Of a stretch of 32,000 nucleotides of DNA, positions 17,077-25,711 are shown piece by piece (positions within the stretch are counted from its first letter, which is position 1; every line of letters starts with the position of its first letter). Source of the DNA: an uncultured archaeon (GTDB taxonomy: Archaea > Iainarchaeota > Iainarchaeia > Iainarchaeales > Iainarchaeaceae). The notes under the pieces were generated by a model. It did not search any database. It had not been told where the DNA came from and worked only from the letters and a program-made list of their open reading frames with translations. The stretch covers positions 92,915 to 124,914 of the forward strand of contig CAZNZM010000003.1 of NCBI GenBank assembly GCA_964577555.1. The letters run 5' to 3'. The position numbers were made by a program, and so were the translations under genes.

Positions 17077-18195
17077 TTAGATTTTTAATAAATTTTTTTT
17101 CTGATTTACGCATTCGTATGCTAGCAAATATCCTCCTGCGCTCCAAGCTTGGTGATATCCGCCAGCCGCTTTAATTGAAACAGGGTTTATCCATTCGTTG
17201 AAATCCCATTGGTTTTTTACTCCGAGTCTGTTTGCGCGTGCAAGCATTTCGAGTTCTGTTTTTGCTTTGTCAAATTGTTTCAATTCTACAAGTGCGGTAA
17301 CATAAAGCCCTCCTACGAATGGCCAAATTCCGCCATTTAAATAACTGTGTGGTTCCCTTGCATCTGATGTTTCAAAATAGTCTTTCCATTCTTTTGACCC
17401 TATTTTTATTACTGGAAAAATTACTCTAATTGGGTATGGTCTTGCAAGTCCATTATAAGCTATGAAATCCATGATGCTTTTGGCTTGGTTTTTGTTTGCC
17501 AAACCAAAAACTATTGCAAGCAAATTTCCCAGAGAATCAAACCATGTTTCTTTTTCTTGAAATTCTTTTCCGTGGTCTTTCCAATGCCAAGGCAAAAAAT
17601 ATCCTAATGAGTCATCCCATAAATGTGAATGGACGTTTTCAACGTATTTTTTCAATTTTTTTTCTTCCAAAGCTCGCAAGCAAGCGTAATAAAGTGCTTG
17701 GGTGCTTATTACGTGTCCGTACTTGTGCGGGAAACAATCCTGCCAATCGGAAGTTGGCAGTTGTTCTGGCAATAAATCTTCTCCTGCGTCCTGGAAACGC
17801 ACCCATTTTATCGCATTTTCAATATTTTTTTTATTCAGATTCCACAATTTTTTGCCGAATTTTTTTTTGTAAAAATAATGTCCTAGTACAAACCAAAGGC
17901 TTGAATCAATAGTTGCGTATGTAGCTGGTTTGTCAATAGAGCCTGTAAAATCCACTGCATTTGGGATTTGCCCGTTTTTTGATTGTTTTGCCGCAAGAGT
18001 CAAGAGGCTTCGCCTAAAAACCGATTCAAATTCATTAGTATGAAAACTGGCCCCTATCATGGAAAAATTAGAGTCCCTGGACCATACTTGCGTGTATCCG
18101 TGTTTTCCGCCTGAAGCATAAAGCCCATATTTGGTGGAGCAGTCTTTCAGGACTTCTACTGCCTTTATTGCCGCAATTTTTTGCAATTCTTCCAT
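17077..18195 (-). CDS. GDE_C / GH100-like (alpha/alpha)6-barrel glycosidase (amylo-alpha-1,6-glucosidase family)
   Basis: Motifs are YTQVWSRDSNFSMIGA, NGGIWPFVGGLYVTAL and HQAWSAGGYLLAY. The track ORF extends to a TTG at 18276. I prefer the ATG at 18195 (MEELQKIAA), which has an AT-rich TATA-like element upstream, but the start remains uncertain. Confidence 0.8.
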   Translation of the reverse strand: MEELQKIAAIKAVEVLKDCSTKYGLYASGGKHGYTQVWSRDSNFSMIGASFHTNEFESVFRRSLLTLAAKQSKNGQIPNAVDFTGSIDKPATYATIDSSLWFVLGHYFYKKKFGKKLWNLNKKNIENAIKWVRFQDAGEDLLPEQLPTSDWQDCFPHKYGHVISTQALYYACLRALEEKKLKKYVENVHSHLWDDSLGYFLPWHWKDHGKEFQEKETWFDSLGNLLAIVFGLANKNQAKSIMDFIAYNGLARPYPIRVIFPVIKIGSKEWKDYFETSDAREPHSYLNGGIWPFVGGLYVTALVELKQFDKAKTELEMLARANRLGVKNQWDFNEWINPVSIKAAGGYHQAWSAGGYLLAYECVNQKKNLLKI

Positions 18196-18292
18196 CGTGA
18201 TATTAAGAATGCCTTTTGAGTTTTTATTAATTGCTGCAAATTGAATTTTTATTTTTGTGGGGCATGGAAAAAACAATTTGCTTACTTTTGTA

Positions 18293-19099
18293 TTATGCTT
18301 GGATTGTTTGGGTTGTTTGGTTTTTTTCTTCGTTTTCCGTGTCGGTTTTCAGGCTTATGAAAATTTCGTCAAAGAATTTTTCTTGCCACATGACTATTTT
18401 TGCTTTGTTCATTAGAAAGAGGCAACAAATGAATGTTCTGACAATTGAAACCTTGTCTTTTTTGTCTTTTGTAAGTCGTGTGAAGGTTACCATGCCTTGA
18501 GAGTCAGCGTTTCTTTTTATTTTTTTGAATATTTTTTCCATGGCTATGTCTATTTTAAAGTTCATGTCTGGAAACACGAATTTTGTTCTTGCTCTTTTAA
18601 ATTGTGAATTTTCAGCCAACTTTTTGGAGTTTCGCATCATGTTTTCTATTGCGTTTACAAGTTCGTCAAGGCTTACTTTTCCTTCCCTGATTTTTCTGAT
18701 GTTTTTTAGGTCAGGTAGCATGGCTTCGAATTCTTTTAGTTCTTCTGGCGTCATTTTTCTTTTTTCTTCTTCAAGTTCTTTTTCATCTATTTGGCTGACT
18801 CTTAAAAAATTCGATTTGAATTTTAGCAAAAGGGCGCAAGCCAGTATTGCGTTGGCTGGTACTTTCAAATTGTTTTCTGAAATTGCTTTGATTTTTTCAA
18901 GGTATTTGCCAACTAATTCTGATATGTCTATTTCCCACGGGTTCATTCTTTCTTTTTTAACCAATTCTATAAGTATTGTCTTCCAAGCAGGTTGTTCTAT
19001 GAGGTCTACAAGATCGACTTTTTCAGGCAAGTCTGAAATTGAGCCTTCGCTTTCGTTGGCTTCGCTTTCTTCTAAAATATCCTTTTGCAACAAATCCAT
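18293..19099 (-). CDS. scpA: Segregation and condensation protein A (kleisin ScpA)
   Basis: The N-terminal region LIEQPAWKTILIELVKKERMNPWEIDISELVGKYLEKI and the overall size (268 aa) are typical of ScpA. The start is the ATG at 19099. Confidence 0.85.
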   Translation of the reverse strand: MDLLQKDILEESEANESEGSISDLPEKVDLVDLIEQPAWKTILIELVKKERMNPWEIDISELVGKYLEKIKAISENNLKVPANAILACALLLKFKSNFLRVSQIDEKELEEEKRKMTPEELKEFEAMLPDLKNIRKIREGKVSLDELVNAIENMMRNSKKLAENSQFKRARTKFVFPDMNFKIDIAMEKIFKKIKRNADSQGMVTFTRLTKDKKDKVSIVRTFICCLFLMNKAKIVMWQEKFFDEIFISLKTDTENEEKNQTTQTIQA

Positions 19100-19154
19100 A
19101 GCAGAAATACTGCGCCAGTATTATTATATATATCATAAACAGATTTATTTGGTT

Positions 19155-19496
19155 ATGAATCTTAGACCTTCAATAACTAAAATGGCTGTTTGTTTTGCCG
19201 GTTCTTTGTTTGTGGGTTTTTTATTAATGACTTTTGGTGATAGAGCCAAGGATTTTGTCGGTTCTATTAGTACTTTGTATATGGGTCTTTTTGTAGCAGG
19301 TTATGTAAGTTCTTATGTGTATTTTTATCTCATGGCTAGTCTGGTTTTTGATTTTTCAAATGAAAAAGTTGAGAAAAATTATTTTGCTTTGCGTTCTTTG
19401 CTTATAATTTTAGTCACTATACTTGTTTTTTTCTTGAGCGATTTTATTTTCTTTCAATTAAGGCATTATAGTTTTATTCATTTGCTTTTGACGTAG
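19155..19496 (+). CDS. Small multi-pass membrane protein (113 aa), function unknown
   Basis: The ATG at 19155 lies in frame inside the spurious track ORF 18525..19496. The product MNLRPSITKMAVCFAGSLFVGFLLMTFG... has three hydrophobic segments. No homology was recognised. Confidence 0.55.
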   Translation: MNLRPSITKMAVCFAGSLFVGFLLMTFGDRAKDFVGSISTLYMGLFVAGYVSSYVYFYLMASLVFDFSNEKVEKNYFALRSLLIILVTILVFFLSDFIFFQLRHYSFIHLLLT

Positions 19497-19506
19497 CTTG
19501 AAAATT

Positions 19507-20757
19507 TTATGTTCCTTCTTTCCAGCTTGAAAGGTATTTTTTTTGTTCTTTTGTCAAGCTTCCTGTTTTGATTCCCATTGCAGCCAATTGGAGTCTTGCA
19601 ATATTATCATCTATTTCTGTTGGTAATCTGTGCAATCCTGGCTTGAGTTTGTTTTTAAATCCGTATTCCAATGCAAGTGCCTGGCCGCAAAAGCTTAGTG
19701 ACATTACTGTTGATGGGTGTCCTTCTGCGGCTCCAAGATTCACGAGCCTTCCTTCCGCGCACAAATAAATTTTTTTTCCGTTTTTTAAAGTGTATTCGTC
19801 CAATTGCCATCTTATCCTTCTCTTTGATGAAGAAATTTTTTCAAGCGATTTGACGTCTATTTCCACGTCAAAATGTCCGGAATTTGCAAGAATTGCTCCA
19901 TTTTTCATTTTTGCAAAGTGTTCTTGTGCAATTACATGTTTGTTGCCTGTAACCGTAATAAAAACATCGCCTATTGGCAAAGCCTCTTCAATTGGCATTA
20001 CCCAATAACCGTCCATTTTGGCTTGCAACGCTTTTACAGGATCAACTTCTACTACTATTACGTTGCTTCCTAATCCCCGGGCTCTTAAAGCAACTCCTTT
20101 GCCGCAATCTCCGTAGCCAATGACAATAACCGTTTTGCCTGCAAAAAGTATGTTGGTTGCCCTTAATATTCCGTCAATAGTGCTTTGTCCCGTGCCATAA
20201 AAATTGTCAAACAAATGTTTGGTTTTATTGTCATTCACTGCAATTACGGGGTATTTTAATGCTCCTTCCCTTTCCATTGCTTTTAGCCTTATTACTCCTG
20301 TAGTTGTTTCTTCTGTGCCGACTTTTATTTCATCCAACAATTCCTTTCTTTTTGTGTGTATTTCTGTGACAAGGTCGAGACCGTCATCAATCGTTGCGGT
20401 TGGCTTGAAATCCAGGACTTTGTTCAGGTACTCGTAGTACTCTTCTTTTGATTCGCCTTTTTTTGCATAAACTTTTACGCCTTCTTCTGCCAAAGCTGCG
20501 GCAACGTCGTCTTGTGTACTCAAAGGATTGCATCCGGTGATTGCCACTTTGGCTCCGCCTGCAACAAGCGTTCTTACAAGCACTGCGGTTTCTTTGGTGA
20601 CATGCAAAGCCATTCCGATTCTTTCGCCTTTAAATGGCTTTTCTTTTTCAAATCTTTTTTTTACTTCCAAAAGGGCGCTCATTTGGGATTCGGCCCATTC
20701 AATGTTCATTTTTCCTTGTCCTGCCAATTTCGCGTCTTTTACAATGCTATCCGACAC
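19507..20757 (-). CDS. ahcY: S-adenosyl-L-homocysteine hydrolase (short archaeal form, 416 aa)
   Basis: The NAD-binding motif VIGYGDCGKGVA, the HFDVEID motif and the N-terminus IEWAESQMSALLEV are typical of AhcY. The GTG start at 20757 is preceded by AGGTGAT (revcomp of 20761-20767). Confidence 0.95.
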   Translation of the reverse strand: MSDSIVKDAKLAGQGKMNIEWAESQMSALLEVKKRFEKEKPFKGERIGMALHVTKETAVLVRTLVAGGAKVAITGCNPLSTQDDVAAALAEEGVKVYAKKGESKEEYYEYLNKVLDFKPTATIDDGLDLVTEIHTKRKELLDEIKVGTEETTTGVIRLKAMEREGALKYPVIAVNDNKTKHLFDNFYGTGQSTIDGILRATNILFAGKTVIVIGYGDCGKGVALRARGLGSNVIVVEVDPVKALQAKMDGYWVMPIEEALPIGDVFITVTGNKHVIAQEHFAKMKNGAILANSGHFDVEIDVKSLEKISSSKRRIRWQLDEYTLKNGKKIYLCAEGRLVNLGAAEGHPSTVMSLSFCGQALALEYGFKNKLKPGLHRLPTEIDDNIARLQLAAMGIKTGSLTKEQKKYLSSWKEGT

Positions 20758-20760
20758 CTA

Positions 20761-20796
20761 ATCACCTAACTATTCAAACCTGAAAAACAATATAAA
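20761..20796 (-). promoter_or_regulatory. ahcY promoter: TATA box (TTTATATT, 20789-20796) and Shine-Dalgarno AGGTGAT (20761-20767)
   Basis: The minus strand reads catTTTATATTgtttttcaggtttgaatagttAGGTGATtagGTG. The TATA box is about 35 nt upstream of the start, leaving a short leader that carries the SD. Confidence 0.45.
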
Positions 20797-20828
20797 TGTG
20801 GCTTGTTTAATAAATTGTTATTGTTTTT

Positions 20829-21170
20829 TTACAAGTATTTAACGAATTTGTTATTTTCGTCAACCAAAACGATTTTTGGTTTGATTGTTTTATCAGTTAA
20901 TTCAAAACCCATTATGATTATTTCCTCTCCAGTTTTAATCAAGTGGGCTGCCGCGCCATTCATGCAAATTATTCCTGAATTTTTTTTGCCTGAAATAACA
21001 TAAGTTTCCAATCTTGCACCAGAAGTATTGCTGACCACCAAAACTTTTTCGCCTTGTAAAAAACCTGCTTTTTCTATCAAGTTTTCATCAATCGTGATGC
21101 TGCCAATATAGTTCAAGTTGGCTTCTGTAACTGTTGCTTTATGAATTTTTGAACGCAACAACCATCTCAT
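20829..21170 (-). CDS. panD: Pyruvoyl-dependent aspartate 1-decarboxylase
   Basis: The sequence aligns by eye to bacterial PanD: KIHKATVTEANLNYIGSITID carries the Gly-Ser self-cleavage site, and NTSGARLETY and NGAAAH are present. Confidence 0.93.
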   Translation of the reverse strand: MRWLLRSKIHKATVTEANLNYIGSITIDENLIEKAGFLQGEKVLVVSNTSGARLETYVISGKKNSGIICMNGAAAHLIKTGEEIIIMGFELTDKTIKPKIVLVDENNKFVKYL

Positions 21171-21228
21171 ATTATGGCTTTCTATTAAGATGTTGTAATA
21201 AATTTTTATGGTTTGAAAGCAGATTTGT

Positions 21229-22137
21229 TTAAAATTTCACAAATTTTGAGAATTCTGCATATCTTTTTTTTACGTCCTTTATTGTTATTTCTTTGAGGCG
21301 GTTTATTGAAAAGCCTTCGGCGTTGTAGGATGCCACGCTTGAACCGTATACTATTGCTTTTCTCATGTTTTTTTCGGAAAAATCCTTTGTTTTGGACAAG
21401 TATCCTATGATGGCTCCGCCGAAACAATCGCCTGAGCCTGTTGGGTCTATTACATTTTCAAGCGGATATCCCGAACAAGCAAAATAAGTTTTTTTGGTGA
21501 ATGCAACGCAACCATGTTCACCTTTTTTGATAATCGCTATTTTTGAATCAAGTTTTAGGATTTCTTCAGCGGCTTTTTTCAGGTTTGAGGTTTTGAACAA
21601 TTGCCTGGCTTCTGCATCATTTATTAAAGCAATGTCAACTTCTTTTACAACTTCCAGCACTTTATTTCTTGAATTGGTTATCCACAAGTTCATGGTGTCT
21701 GCTATGGCAAGCTTTGGTCTTTTTTTGAATTGTGATAAAACTTGAAGTTGTGTTTCAGGGCTTAAGTTTCCAAGAAAAAGGAAATCAGTTTTTTTGTATT
21801 CTTCCGGGAGTTTTGGCTTGAAATCTTCAAGCACGTTTAAATCTGTTTTTAGCGTAATTGCTGTGTTGATGTCAAGCCCGTATTCTCCTGCCCAGTGAAA
21901 TGTGTTTCCTTCTGCAACTTCAAGTCCTTTCAAGTCTATTTTTTTGCTTTTCAGCAAATTTAATCCTTGCTCTGGATAATTTTTTCCAATTATGCTGACA
22001 ATTCCGGGTTTTGCGAACAAAGAACATGCGATGGCTGCATATATTGCCGAGCCGCCAAGAACGTTTTTTGCTTCGCCAAAAGGTGTTTTTATGTCGTCAA
22101 TGGCTGCAGAGCCGACTATTACTACTTCAGGTTTCAT
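21229..22137 (-). CDS. PfkB-family sugar/nucleoside kinase, substrate unknown
   Basis: Motifs are GGSAIYAA and DPTGSGDCFGGAIIGYL. The ATG at 22137 overlaps the adk stop codon as ATGA. Confidence 0.88.
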   Translation of the reverse strand: MKPEVVIVGSAAIDDIKTPFGEAKNVLGGSAIYAAIACSLFAKPGIVSIIGKNYPEQGLNLLKSKKIDLKGLEVAEGNTFHWAGEYGLDINTAITLKTDLNVLEDFKPKLPEEYKKTDFLFLGNLSPETQLQVLSQFKKRPKLAIADTMNLWITNSRNKVLEVVKEVDIALINDAEARQLFKTSNLKKAAEEILKLDSKIAIIKKGEHGCVAFTKKTYFACSGYPLENVIDPTGSGDCFGGAIIGYLSKTKDFSEKNMRKAIVYGSSVASYNAEGFSINRLKEITIKDVKKRYAEFSKFVKF

Positions 22138-22784
22138 TTTTTGTCCTCGTATTTTGAAAGAATTTTTTCCACTTCTTGGAATATTTCGTGCAGTGTCCTG
22201 TTGCCGTCAACTTTGACAAGTATTTTTTTCTTTTTGTAGAATTCTATGAGCGGTTTTGTTGTTTCATTATAAATTTTCAACCTTTTTCTGACTGTTTCAG
22301 GTTTGTCGTCTTCCCTGAGAATTGTTTCTGAATTGCAATCGTCGCATTTGCCTTCGATTTTTGAAGGCACGTCCAATCCGTAGATTCTTTTGCATTTTAT
22401 GCATTGTCTTCTTGCTGAAAGTCTTTTCACAATGACTTCGTCTCTTGAATCTATTTCTAAAACAATGTCTATTTGAATTTTCAATTCTGCAAGCAAATGG
22501 TCAAGCAATTCCGCTTGGTTTAAATTTCTTGGGAATCCGTCAAGTACAAAATTTGTTTTGAGTTTTGACAATTTGTCAATTAGTATTTTCAGCACTATTT
22601 CGTCTTCAACTAATTTTCCTTCAGCCATTATCGGCCCTATTTTTTTTCCAAGTTCTGTTTGCATTGCAACTTCTTCCCTTAAAAGGTCGCCGGTGGAAAC
22701 GTGGATGCAATTAAATCTTGTTTCAATGAATTTTGAAATGGTTCCTTTGCCTGTGCCAGGAGGCCCTAAAACAATTAAATTCAT
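22134..22784 (-). CDS. adk: Adenylate kinase, long bacterial-type form with a Cys4 zinc LID
   Basis: The P-loop is MNLIVLGPPGTGKGT, DGFPRN is present, and the LID carries CIKCKRIY...CDDCNSE. I trimmed the start to the ATG at 22784. Confidence 0.93.
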   Translation of the reverse strand: MNLIVLGPPGTGKGTISKFIETRFNCIHVSTGDLLREEVAMQTELGKKIGPIMAEGKLVEDEIVLKILIDKLSKLKTNFVLDGFPRNLNQAELLDHLLAELKIQIDIVLEIDSRDEVIVKRLSARRQCIKCKRIYGLDVPSKIEGKCDDCNSETILREDDKPETVRKRLKIYNETTKPLIEFYKKKKILVKVDGNRTLHEIFQEVEKILSKYEDKK

Positions 22785-22910
22785 AAAAAACCCAAACGAC
22801 AAAGAACGAAAAGAATTATAAAAGAATTATCAAAAGTGGCATAAAATCATTTTATAAAAACAAGATAATCAATATTAGAATAATATTTTCATGCTGTGAG
22901 TGGTTGGAAA

Positions 22911-23744
22911 ATGGTTAATGATTTTTTTTATGAGTATTTGTGCAGGCCGATGATTGACCCAAACGTTTCGCCGTATAATTTGGTTAATTATGCGGTTTAT
23001 ATTGGTGTTTTGGCTGTAATAGTTGTTTTTTTTCTTTATCCTTTTTTAGATCGCAAGGGGATAAAGTTTGATTTCAAATTTGTTGTAGCGCTTTTGCCTT
23101 TTGTTTTGTTTGGCTCTTCTTTCAGGGTGCTTAATGATATTGGCATTTTTAAGGACACTTGTGATCCTTTTTCATTCGATTTTTATACTTTTACTCCTGG
23201 AATTTGGTTTCTTACCGCTGCCTTGGCTTTGATTTCTCTGTTCGTTGCTAAAAAGTTTTCACATACTGAAGAAGGTTTTGAGAAGCTTTTTGCAGCTATT
23301 GGAGTGGCATTTTGCATACCTTTACTGTTGTTTGAATTTCAAATATTTAGATCGTGGAATGAGTTTGTTTTGGTAATAGTGTTTGTTGTTTTAATCACTC
23401 TTGCAACAAGGTTTTTTGTTACTATTTTAAACAAAAAATTTTTTTCCGACGGCTTGAATTTTCTTGCTATTACCGGCCAAGTTTTGGACGGTTCTGCAAC
23501 TTTTGTTGCGACAAAAGTTTTGAGGTGTGAGGAGCAACATCCGCTTAGCGATGCAATCCTTGGAATAAACCCGTTGTTTTTTGTTTTGATTAAAATTATT
23601 TTGGCTTTGCTTATAATTTATTATCTTGACAAAGAAATACCTGACAAAAACCAACGCGGTTTCATAAAAATGGTTGTCATCATATTTGGTTTTGCCCCGG
23701 GTTTAAGGGACCTTATGACTATCGGTGCAGGTACTTGCATTTAG
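22911..23744 (+). CDS. Multi-pass membrane protein, DUF63-like (archaeal family)
   Basis: The protein has about 7 hydrophobic segments and the motifs VLDGSATFVATKVL and CEEQHPLSDAILG. The family assignment is from memory only. The start is taken at the ATG at 22911; the track uses a GTG at 22896. Confidence 0.7.
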   Translation: MVNDFFYEYLCRPMIDPNVSPYNLVNYAVYIGVLAVIVVFFLYPFLDRKGIKFDFKFVVALLPFVLFGSSFRVLNDIGIFKDTCDPFSFDFYTFTPGIWFLTAALALISLFVAKKFSHTEEGFEKLFAAIGVAFCIPLLLFEFQIFRSWNEFVLVIVFVVLITLATRFFVTILNKKFFSDGLNFLAITGQVLDGSATFVATKVLRCEEQHPLSDAILGINPLFFVLIKIILALLIIYYLDKEIPDKNQRGFIKMVVIIFGFAPGLRDLMTIGAGTCI

Positions 23745-23842
23745 GCAACAAAATTGTTTTTGTCAGCAAAAATAAAAAATAGGGTTTAATGGTTTTGCTT
23801 GTTGCAAATGGAAATTTAAATATTAATGCCTATTTGTTGATT

Positions 23843-24604
23843 ATGCTTTGTCTTGTGGGGCTTGGTTTAAAACCTTCTCATGTTACTAAAGAGGCTATTG
23901 AAGCCTTGAAGAATTCGTCGGAAGTGTTTGTAGAGGATTATACTTCGAATTATTCTGATGGGGATCTTAAATGGCTGGAGGGTGAAATAGGCAAGTCTAT
24001 TACAATGCTTGGCCGCCAAGAAGTTGAAAGCGGGAAAATTTTGTTGCAAAAAGCAATGCAAAAAAAATCCGTTGTGTCGCTTGCAGTGTTTGGCAACCCA
24101 ATGAATGCAACTACTCATTTGCAACTTGTATTGGATGCTTGCGAGCAAAAAATTCCTGTTAAAGTAATACCCGGCATAAGCATATTCGAGTATGTTGCTT
24201 TTACAGGGCTTGACAGGTACAAATTTGGCAGGACAACTACAATTGTTTTTCATGAACATGATTACGAGCCTGAAAGTTTTTATGATGTCATTGTGTCAAA
24301 CAAAAAAGCAGGTTTGCATACTCTTTGCCTGCTTGATATAAAGCGAGAAGAGAACAAGCTTATGGAAATAAAGCATGCTTTGTCAACTCTTGAAATGATT
24401 GAAGAAAGAAGGGAATTGAATATTTTGGGGGATAGTATAATCGTCGGAATTGCTGGTGCTGGTTCCGAAGGTCAACAATTTAAGGCAGGGACTTTAGAAA
24501 GCTTGAAAAAATTTGATTTTTCAAAATTCCCGCAATCAATTATTGTTTGCGGCAAGCTGAATGAAAAGGAAATGGAAGGCTTGAAGGCTTTGTGTGGTTT
24601 GTAA
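23843..24604 (+). CDS. dph5: Diphthine synthase (diphthamide biosynthesis methyltransferase)
   Basis: The N-terminus is MLCLVGLGLKPSHVTKEAIEALKNSSEVFVEDYTS. VFGNPMNATTHLQLVLDA matches the GDP..ATTH motif of Dph5. I trimmed the start to the ATG at 23843. Confidence 0.9.
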   Translation: MLCLVGLGLKPSHVTKEAIEALKNSSEVFVEDYTSNYSDGDLKWLEGEIGKSITMLGRQEVESGKILLQKAMQKKSVVSLAVFGNPMNATTHLQLVLDACEQKIPVKVIPGISIFEYVAFTGLDRYKFGRTTTIVFHEHDYEPESFYDVIVSNKKAGLHTLCLLDIKREENKLMEIKHALSTLEMIEERRELNILGDSIIVGIAGAGSEGQQFKAGTLESLKKFDFSKFPQSIIVCGKLNEKEMEGLKALCGL

Positions 24605-24894
24605 TGAAAAAGGAAAATTTAAAGCAAAAAATTGAAAAATACCGAAACTTGACAAGAGAGGCTCTTGAAAAGGCGTCGGTGCAAAAGCATGCTACAAAAA
24701 AAGAAGCCTTGCTGGCGAATAAATTGCTTGAAATGGCCAGGGCATATTTTGAAGACGCTAAATATTTCGAGTCAAAAAAAATGTTTTTAACCGCGCTTGC
24801 AGCTTATAGTTATGCACACGCTTGGCTTGATGCAGGCGTAATGCTTGGGTTGCTTGACGGCAAAAATGATGACAAATTGTTTATATTGCCTTGA
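24604..24894 (+). CDS. Small helical protein, DUF357-like (archaeal)
   Basis: The ATG at 24604 overlaps the dph5 stop codon as TAATG. The motif ARAYFEDAKYFESKKMFLTALAAYSYAHAWLDAGVMLG resembles the DUF357 signature as I recall it. Confidence 0.7.
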   Translation: MKKENLKQKIEKYRNLTREALEKASVQKHATKKEALLANKLLEMARAYFEDAKYFESKKMFLTALAAYSYAHAWLDAGVMLGLLDGKNDDKLFILP

Positions 24895-24947
24895 AACAAG
24901 CAAAATGGCAATGATTAATAATATTTTCCAAATTATATTGCAATGCC

Positions 24948-25412
24948 ATGGGGATTTATGAACCTAATTTGTATTTGGATTTTTCAAGCAAGGAATGGAA
25001 ATTTATACTAATATTTATCGCATTAATTTTTATTAGTCTGATTCTTTATTTTGTTTTTTTTCAATCAACCAAATATGCTACGGATTTGATTACAATAAAA
25101 TTCGACAAAAACCCGTTGAAATCTTCTGAAATAGGCAAGGCCACTGTAATAGTGAGCAACAATACTGATTATGATGCACAAAACGTTGCAATATCATTGA
25201 TTTCAAAGGCAAAATCCGATTTTGACATATACCCTGCAAATCCTGCATTCAAAGGTTCGATAGATGAACTTTCAAAAGGCACTTCAAGGGAAATCACTTT
25301 TATAATAAACCCGTCAAAAAAAATATTGCCTGGCACATATACTTTTGTTGCCACAGCTACTTTGAATGGAAAAACAATTACAAACGAATCAATGCTTACA
25401 ATAAAAGACTAG
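24948..25412 (+). CDS. N-terminally anchored small surface protein with a single CARDB/NEW3-like beta domain
   Basis: The TM is WKFILIFIALIFISLILYFVFF. It is followed by ATVIVSNNTDYDAQNVAISL...SREITFIINPSKKILPGTYTFVATATL, a typical CARDB-like pattern. Confidence 0.75.
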   Translation: MGIYEPNLYLDFSSKEWKFILIFIALIFISLILYFVFFQSTKYATDLITIKFDKNPLKSSEIGKATVIVSNNTDYDAQNVAISLISKAKSDFDIYPANPAFKGSIDELSKGTSREITFIINPSKKILPGTYTFVATATLNGKTITNESMLTIKD

Positions 25413-25430
25413 AAAAAAGTAATTCAAAAT

Positions 25431-25703
25431 TTAATATTTGATTGAAAAATTTTGAAATTCATTTTTTGGCTTGCTCCACGAAACTTTTACATTTTCAACG
25501 AATGCTGTTGGCGGGCCTTTTTCAATCGCTTTTAAAAATTTTTTCAAATTTTTCGAATTGCCTTCAGCAACAACTTCAACGCTTTTGTCTGGAAGGTTTT
25601 TAACATACCCTGAAACTCCATGCATTAATGCTTCGGCTTTTGCAAAATATCTGAAACCAACTCCTTGAACCCTGCCAAAAACAATTGCGTGAAGCCTTTC
25701 CAT
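25431..25703 (-). CDS. acyP: Acylphosphatase
   Basis: Motifs are GRVQGVGFRYFA and GYVKNLPDKSVEVVAEG. The ATG at 25703 has AGGTGA 8 nt upstream (revcomp of 25712-25717). Confidence 0.92.
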   Translation of the reverse strand: MERLHAIVFGRVQGVGFRYFAKAEALMHGVSGYVKNLPDKSVEVVAEGNSKNLKKFLKAIEKGPPTAFVENVKVSWSKPKNEFQNFSIKY

Positions 25704-25711
25704 GAAAAATT

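Noticed and set aside
18525-19154. 323-aa plus-strand ORF (18525..19496) running antisense across the whole of scpA
   Set aside because: The part from 18525 to 19154 is a mirror-frame artefact of the well-supported ScpA gene. It is Ser/Phe/Leu-rich and low in complexity. Only the in-frame segment from the ATG at 19155, outside scpA, is kept, as a small membrane protein.
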